The position numbers were made by a program, and so were the translations under genes. The notes beneath the pieces were generated by a model that worked only from the letters and a program-made list of their open reading frames with translations, searched no databases and was not told the DNA's origin. 30,131 nucleotides of DNA from a virus, in the UHGV virus genome UHGV-0095463; one strand, given 5' to 3'. This document shows positions 24,990-30,131 of the stretch, in pieces. Every line of letters begins with the position of its first letter. Within the stretch, counting starts at the first letter, position 1.

Positions 24990-27404
24990 TTAATACAGGT
25001 TCCGCCACTTATCATCTTCCTTCAGACGCTGGTTCCGATAGAAGATACGCAGGCCAGCTCCTGACGGAATACTGCCGCCGCGAAGGAGCAAATCGACTTC
25101 TTTCTCGCTGCCATCAAATCCCCTGGACTTCAGTTCATAGACGAGCTGCTGTCGCTGATGGTCTGTAATTCGCTGTTTGTAGTCTTTACGCCGTTTCGGT
25201 TTCACCTGGCGTAACCTTGCAGCCAGTTCCCGGCGCTCTTTTTTGCTCATACTGTGCAGGTAATCGTGCAACTCCTTGTCATTCATACGGGTAATATCCG
25301 TTCTGGAGTCCCCATCAGCTGATTTGTCTTTCCCTTGTTGGTTCAAATTTTCAGCAAGGGGACAGTTATTGCCACGAGTCCAAGGGGCGCAAGCGCCCTG
25401 GTCGGCTGCCGCCTCCTGAACGTCAACGGCTTTACGAACCATTTTCCACTTCACTGCATGAGTGCAGATCTTGCCCTCTGCAATGGGTGACCAGATGCCA
25501 TAAATACGAATGCCGTGATCGCCATAGGCGGTCGGCTCTTCGTTGATTTCATAAGCGGTTCTGATGAGGTGATATTTACGGGGAACCAGTACGCCGCCCT
25601 GCTTCATGATGTAGGTGGCAAAACAACCAGCATCAGCAGCAGCCAGAATGGCATCAAGACGCGGGTTATCCAGTACCGGCGCACCTGCATTTTTGTCCCC
25701 CTGTTGCCTTGCCGCCTGACCAGCCAACAATCGCAGTTCACGGTAAGCCTGACGCCCCGGAATGCCAAAGAAGCGGAATTGCTGAACACGATGCAAAGAC
25801 GCCCAGGCATTCACGTATTCAGCGTTATCACGCAGAGATTTACCCGTTTCCTTGCTGATCTCGCCAGCCAGACCACGACCGTCAATGTTCTTACTGATAT
25901 ATTTCGCGATGTAGCTTGTCGGCGTTCCTTTGCGCGGGTTAATCAACTCAGACTTAAAGCGCGGCCCAGTGTTATTGCCCAGCTCCTCGCGGTCTTCACG
26001 GATGGCAAACTTACGCAGTAATGCAGTGATGGCACGGCGGTCTTTTTTGCGCATGAAACACAACAGGTGCCAGTGAACTGTGCCATCATGATGCGGCTCA
26101 GCCACCCGCACGCCATACCAGCGCAACCCGGCTTTGTGCATCGCCTTACGAAATGCAGCAAACATGCCGACCAGATAATCGCTGCTTTGTCTTACCGTCG
26201 CGTTTGTCCAGGTCGGGTTTGGTCTGCCGTTATTTAGCGTGGAATGGAAACGCGACGGACAGGTGATAGTGTAGAAAACGGCGCAGTCACCGCGCATTTC
26301 CGCGATAAGCTCCAGACCTTTAACACAGGCCATCATCTCATTGCGGCGATGCGCAGGGTTGCTGCTGCTGGCGTTTACCACATCCTCCATGTCCAGCGTG
26401 TCGCCGTCTTCGTTCACCAGTTCATGAGAACGGAAAAACTCCAGCGACTTACGGCGCTGCTCACGTTTATGCATCACGGCTTCATAGCTGACATAAGGAG
26501 ATGCTTTTTTGCTGACCAGGCAAACAGCGCGCAACTGCTCTTCCCGCCATTCGCAACGCATCTTCCATAATTTCCGATACCACCAGTCGGCGCACAACAT
26601 ACGCGCCAGCGAACCCGGAATGAGTTCATAGGGCACGGGTTTACGGCGGTTTCTTTTCCGACGGAGTTGCTCAAACGCAGGTGGGATGACATCCAGACGC
26701 AGGGTTTCCGCTGCCACCTTTTCCCATGTCTTGCGGATTTCTTCTGGCTTAACGTCATCGGTGGCATACAAATCACCACAAGCTGCATCAAGGCACATAC
26801 TCATATGCGCAGCTACCAGGGTGGACAGGCGTTTCACCTGATCCTGACTCATTTCAGGCAGGATCAGCAGGCCGTCCAGCCCTTCATGGCTTGCCATAAA
26901 GCGAAAAGATGCAGATAGCTGACTGTCGCGTACATGCTCCAGTCGTTCCAGACATGGCTTAATCGTCTCACGTAAATAGCGGGAATAAGCCTTTGGCCTG
27001 CCCAGGCTGCTGAAGTATTCAATACGTTGCATCAGCGGCTTGCTGATATGGGAAGGCTGGGCGTTGACGTCCGCCAGAATGACCATGTCTGAATTAAAAC
27101 GCTGCTGCTCATGCGCCAGCTTTGCCCGGCTAATGAGCTTATCCTGCTCCATTTCGCGCTGGACAGGATCACGTGATTCATTAAAGAAATAACGCTCCCA
27201 GACCTGATCACTCAGTGCCTCGCGGCGCAACTGTTCCTGCTCGTTATCGGCAGCGTACAGAGTGATCAGGTTTGAAAGCGTAGAAACCGGCGCAACTTCC
27301 GCCGGGTCCAGATAAGGGTTAATGGCCTTTTTCGGGCTGTTCCATGAGAATGCTGCGGCAGCCTCGTTAAAGCCGCAGCAGTTGTTCATATCGGCATGAG
27401 TCAT
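24990..27404 (-). CDS. A: Rolling-circle replication initiator protein A
   Basis: 804-aa ORF containing ...[18 protein letters not shown]..., the tandem-tyrosine active-site motif of Rep endonucleases. Position and size match the P2/186 A gene. Confidence 0.9.
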   Translation of the reverse strand: MTHADMNNCCGFNEAAAAFSWNSPKKAINPYLDPAEVAPVSTLSNLITLYAADNEQEQLRREALSDQVWERYFFNESRDPVQREMEQDKLISRAKLAHEQQRFNSDMVILADVNAQPSHISKPLMQRIEYFSSLGRPKAYSRYLRETIKPCLERLEHVRDSQLSASFRFMASHEGLDGLLILPEMSQDQVKRLSTLVAAHMSMCLDAACGDLYATDDVKPEEIRKTWEKVAAETLRLDVIPPAFEQLRRKRNRRKPVPYELIPGSLARMLCADWWYRKLWKMRCEWREEQLRAVCLVSKKASPYVSYEAVMHKREQRRKSLEFFRSHELVNEDGDTLDMEDVVNASSSNPAHRRNEMMACVKGLELIAEMRGDCAVFYTITCPSRFHSTLNNGRPNPTWTNATVRQSSDYLVGMFAAFRKAMHKAGLRWYGVRVAEPHHDGTVHWHLLCFMRKKDRRAITALLRKFAIREDREELGNNTGPRFKSELINPRKGTPTSYIAKYISKNIDGRGLAGEISKETGKSLRDNAEYVNAWASLHRVQQFRFFGIPGRQAYRELRLLAGQAARQQGDKNAGAPVLDNPRLDAILAAADAGCFATYIMKQGGVLVPRKYHLIRTAYEINEEPTAYGDHGIRIYGIWSPIAEGKICTHAVKWKMVRKAVDVQEAAADQGACAPWTRGNNCPLAENLNQQGKDKSADGDSRTDITRMNDKELHDYLHSMSKKERRELAARLRQVKPKRRKDYKQRITDHQRQQLVYELKSRGFDGSEKEVDLLLRGGSIPSGAGLRIFYRNQRLKEDDKWRNLY

Positions 27405-28258
27405 GCACGTACTCCGTACACGGCAGAACTATCCACGCCACGCGAATAATCAAATCCCATCCAGCAGCACGGCCCGGAAACAGCAATGATTTCTGTTGCT
27501 GATTTACCCTCGCCAGCTGCCACACCGATGCTGCGTTTTACCTTGATATAGTGGTGAGTAAAATTGCGATACAGCGAACGGATCAGGGATGTGTCACTGT
27601 TAGAAACAATGACTGGATGTCCTTCTGATGACCGATGTTCAAGAACGGATGCCAGGTGATACTGGTCATCTTCAGTGAAACCATCAGTGTGATAGCCGGA
27701 AAACGTACCGTCATACGGCGGATCGCAATACACCACATCTCCCGCGTGCAACATTGCCAGCGTTTCATCGAAGCTGGCGCAGATAAATGTTGCCCGCTGG
27801 GCTTTTTCTGCAAATGCACGAATTTCTTTTTCAGGGAAATACGGATTTTTATAATTACCGTAGGGAATGTTGAAATGCCCGCTCTTGTTATAGCGACATA
27901 AACCACGGTAACCGTGACGATTGAGATACAGGAAATATACCGCTTTCATGAAATCAGTAATTTCAGTGGAGTAATTAAACTCCTGCCTTATGTTGTAATA
28001 AGCCACCTCCCTGTTTGCGATCTCAAATAAAACTCTGGCGCGAGATATAAACGATTCACAATCAGCGGCAACCTTTTTATAGAGGTTGATTAAATCAGGA
28101 TTAATATCCGCAACCAGATAGCTGGGGTAATCCGTCTCCATCATCACAGCACAGGAACCCGCGAAAGGTTCAACCAGTCGCGGGCCAGCAGGAAGGTGTT
28201 TTTTCAGTTCGGACATAATGGCGGTTTTATTTCCCGCCCATTTCAGGATGGTGCTCAT
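27401..28258 (-). CDS. dam: DNA adenine (N6) methyltransferase, Dam family
   Basis: Start placed at [11 protein letters not shown] (the ORF-track start at 28318 would overlap the upstream gene). Motifs LKWAGNK, EPFAGS and DPPY; close resemblance throughout to E. coli Dam (e.g. [24 protein letters not shown]). Confidence 0.85.
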   Translation of the reverse strand: MSTILKWAGNKTAIMSELKKHLPAGPRLVEPFAGSCAVMMETDYPSYLVADINPDLINLYKKVAADCESFISRARVLFEIANREVAYYNIRQEFNYSTEITDFMKAVYFLYLNRHGYRGLCRYNKSGHFNIPYGNYKNPYFPEKEIRAFAEKAQRATFICASFDETLAMLHAGDVVYCDPPYDGTFSGYHTDGFTEDDQYHLASVLEHRSSEGHPVIVSNSDTSLIRSLYRNFTHHYIKVKRSIGVAAGEGKSATEIIAVSGPCCWMGFDYSRGVDSSAVYGVRA

Positions 28259-28482
28259 ACAGCACCTCCGTTGTAATGTTTGCCTTTCAGCTCTGCGATT
28301 TCCTGGCAGGTAATGCAAAGCTGCACTCCCGGAATGGCGCGGCGTCGTGCCGGCGGAATTGGCGCTTCACATTCAATACAAAGCACGCGAGACACGCCCG
28401 GTGTTTTGGCACGGGCAGCACGAATATGGCGCTGGCGTTCTTCTTCAACGCGCTGCTGTACGAGATCCATTGTATCAGCCAT
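28255..28482 (-). CDS. TraR/DksA-family C4 zinc-finger protein
   Basis: 75-aa ORF with CIECEAPIP...CITCQ (C-x2-C-x17-C-x2-C), typical of phage TraR-like proteins in P2-family early operons. Confidence 0.7.
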   Translation of the reverse strand: MADTMDLVQQRVEEERQRHIRAARAKTPGVSRVLCIECEAPIPPARRRAIPGVQLCITCQEIAELKGKHYNGGAV

Positions 28483-28721
28483 TAGTGGATCTCCTGCGCT
28501 TCGTTCTGGATTGCTTCAGCAGTTACACGCAGTAGTTCTGCCGCTTCGACGTGGTTTAGCTGGCGGGATGTGATATGACACGCCAGGCTATCAAGGCGAG
28601 CTGCCATTGCTTCAGCCCTTGCCCGGCGTTCTTCCAGACGAGCCTCTGTCAGTAAAATATTAAGCCCTGCGTCATCCGGTCCGGCTTTGGTTGTGAGGGT
28701 TTCAATATTACGCATAATCAA
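28482..28721 (-). CDS. Hypothetical early-region protein (79 aa)
   Basis: ORF in the same operon orientation with start/stop coupling to its neighbours; no recognisable motif. Confidence 0.5.
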   Translation of the reverse strand: MIMRNIETLTTKAGPDDAGLNILLTEARLEERRARAEAMAARLDSLACHITSRQLNHVEAAELLRVTAEAIQNEAQEIH

Positions 28722-28782
28722 TTCTCCTGAATTTAGATAAAGGGATGCCCGGCGGGTTTACGCCATTAATTTCATTAGTTGG

Positions 28783-29124
28783 TTAATTCGGCATGGTTAG
28801 CCGTCTTGGAAATAAGCTCACCACTGCACGAAAATGATTCATTGCTTTAATCAACTCCCGCTTTTCATCAGTGGTCAGCTCACTAATGCTGATGCTATGA
28901 CGTTCAGCTGGAATTTTTGCCATAAAGAATATGGCAGCCAGTGCCCGTTTATTTTGTTCATTATTGATATCCCGTGGATCACGCATATCTTTAATAAACC
29001 GCTCAAGCTCTGACTCAATATTAAGGCCAAAAACTTTCGCCCTTAATTCCGCAATGTGATTAAGTCCATTCAGGCGTTCGCCGGGGCTTAATGGAACAGT
29101 CGCCGCAGCGCCTTCAATAGCCAT
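28783..29124 (-). CDS. Hypothetical early-region protein (113 aa)
   Basis: ORF in the early-operon orientation downstream of the cII-like gene. This is the position of the 186 fil/dhr-type accessory genes, but it was not recognised by sequence. Confidence 0.5.
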   Translation of the reverse strand: MAIEGAAATVPLSPGERLNGLNHIAELRAKVFGLNIESELERFIKDMRDPRDINNEQNKRALAAIFFMAKIPAERHSISISELTTDEKRELIKAMNHFRAVVSLFPRRLTMPN

Positions 29125-29318
29125 TTGTTCCCCCGTTTTTTCGTTGATAGTTCTGCCAGCAATTCATCTTGTGAACGGCACGGATGCCAGCGTTTACCAT
29201 CCTTACCCATTATCCAGCCGTGACCGTAGTGCATTGCCGGACTTTGTTTTACCAGCAGCGATGCAAATGATGGTTCTTTCGTCAGCATAAGCACCTCACA
29301 GCAAACCGAATGAAGCAC
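29088..29318 (-). CDS. Hypothetical small early-region protein (76 aa or shorter)
   Basis: ORF overlapping its neighbours on both sides; the true start may be the internal Met (MLTKEPSF...). Confidence 0.4.
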   Translation of the reverse strand: MLHSVCCEVLMLTKEPSFASLLVKQSPAMHYGHGWIMGKDGKRWHPCRSQDELLAELSTKKRGNKWLLKALRRLFH

Positions 29319-29805
29319 CGAGGCCAGTCACGGTATCAACTGCACTCGCCATCGCAGGGTTAGCCTGTAAACGGGCCTGCAATGAAACAGCAGCCAGCGC
29401 CATCAGTCGTGTTACAGAGTTAATGCTGCTGATAGCATCACGACGACCTGCACTGGTTTTTACATCGCCAGATACCGCACCTGCAGCAACACGCCCGATC
29501 TCTGCGGTTGCACTCATGACGTAATGTGGCAGTTTCTCTTTTGCCACCTCATTAATCGGTACACATGGCAGGCAGTGAATCTGAGCCAGAAAACCATCTA
29601 CCAGCGTTGAATCTTCAGTCAGATCGGTAAGCAACCAGATTTCTGGTGCAGTTAATAAATGAGGTTGAGCTGGGTTCAGCTTGTTCCGCAGAATCTGCAC
29701 ATTCATGCCTGCACGTTCTGCCAGTTGCACCAGGTTGTGGCGCAGTGCAAAAGCCCTACAGGCTTCATCGAAATGCGGATGTTTGGAAATCTTGTAATCA
29801 AACAT
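29296..29805 (-). CDS. cII: CII-like lysogeny-establishment transcription activator (186 type)
   Basis: 169 aa, the length of 186 CII, located immediately downstream of the apl-like gene. Translation [45 protein letters not shown]... is consistent with my recollection of 186 CII, which I cannot verify here. Confidence 0.65.
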   Translation of the reverse strand: MFDYKISKHPHFDEACRAFALRHNLVQLAERAGMNVQILRNKLNPAQPHLLTAPEIWLLTDLTEDSTLVDGFLAQIHCLPCVPINEVAKEKLPHYVMSATAEIGRVAAGAVSGDVKTSAGRRDAISSINSVTRLMALAAVSLQARLQANPAMASAVDTVTGLGASFGLL

Positions 29806-29838
29806 GGTGCCCCCCTTAGAAAGTTCCCATAATTGAAC

Positions 29839-30081
29839 TTACTTACCAACAATGACTCGGAAGTTGGAATGACCGAGGGATTCACGGACCTGATCGGTTT
29901 TGTACATCAGATAACGCAGGCTTACGCGACCTTTGTTTTTTTCTTTCTTGACCATGTACTTAGCAAGTTGACCATGGTGAATTTTTTGGTAAACAGAGCC
30001 GCGGGAAATACCCTCCCACTCTGCGAACTCTGCAGGCGTAGCCATCTCTTTTGGTACACGAATTGAAATATCAGTACTCAT
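29839..30081 (-). CDS. apl: Apl/Cox-like small HTH excisionase / lytic-promoter regulator
   Basis: 80-aa basic protein with an HTH-like segment (ATPAEFAEWEGISRGSVYQKI), first gene of the rightward early operon; the cI/int side lies beyond the window end. Confidence 0.6.
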   Translation of the reverse strand: MSTDISIRVPKEMATPAEFAEWEGISRGSVYQKIHHGQLAKYMVKKEKNKGRVSLRYLMYKTDQVRESLGHSNFRVIVGK

Positions 30082-30131
30082 AGTGCAGTATCTCTTACTT
30101 TGTGTGCGTGTTAGTTCGTTTTAGCCCGTCT

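Noticed and set aside
27583-27906. ORFs 27583..27906 (-) and 27635..27901 (+) inside the dam gene, and similar short ORFs inside A (25515..26021, 26244..26570, 26474..26791)
   Set aside because: They are fully nested in genes with strong motif support; alternative-frame artefacts.
28259-28318. 20-aa N-terminal extension of the Dam ORF (MHYLPGNRRAERQTLQRRCC)
   Set aside because: Dam homologues begin near the LKWAGNK motif, and the extension would overlap the upstream TraR-like gene.
1-30131. Searched by eye for CRISPR repeats, tRNA or rRNA genes, and integrase or att core sequences
   Set aside because: No regularly spaced direct repeats with unique spacers and no tRNA-like or rRNA-like segments were seen. 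int, cI and the att sites appear to lie outside the window on both sides.

Overview
The window is almost entirely one P2/186-family (peduovirus-like) enterobacterial prophage, called by eye from the six-frame translations; no searches were run. Reading left to right: a small AT-rich cargo gene (50..532, +), then the complete late region on the minus strand in P2 order (ogr, D, U, T, E/E' with its TTTTTTG frameshift site, FII, FI, a tail-fibre inversion switch, H, I, J, W, V, S, R, lysC/lysB/lysA, K, Y, X, L, M, N, O), then divergent P and Q on the plus strand. After Q come a cos-like site, an AT-rich cargo zone (22.6-24.2 kb), a LexA-box-controlled tum/DinI-like module, replication gene A, a Dam methylase, and a 186-type apl-cII switch at the right edge; int, cI and the att sites lie outside the window. 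The tail-fibre switch is a Gin/Hin-family invertase plus two inverted 26-bp hix-like sites embedded in the fibre reading frames. The best candidates for something undescribed are the unrecognised 290-aa AT-rich gene at 23321..24193, which sits in the position of the P2 old/tin cargo hotspot, the 98-aa ORF between the portal gene and cos, and the WYL-like/BRCT-like protein at the left end. No tRNA, rRNA or CRISPR array was seen. Coordinates of short motifs are anchored to ORF-track start/stop codons but may be off by 1-2 bp.
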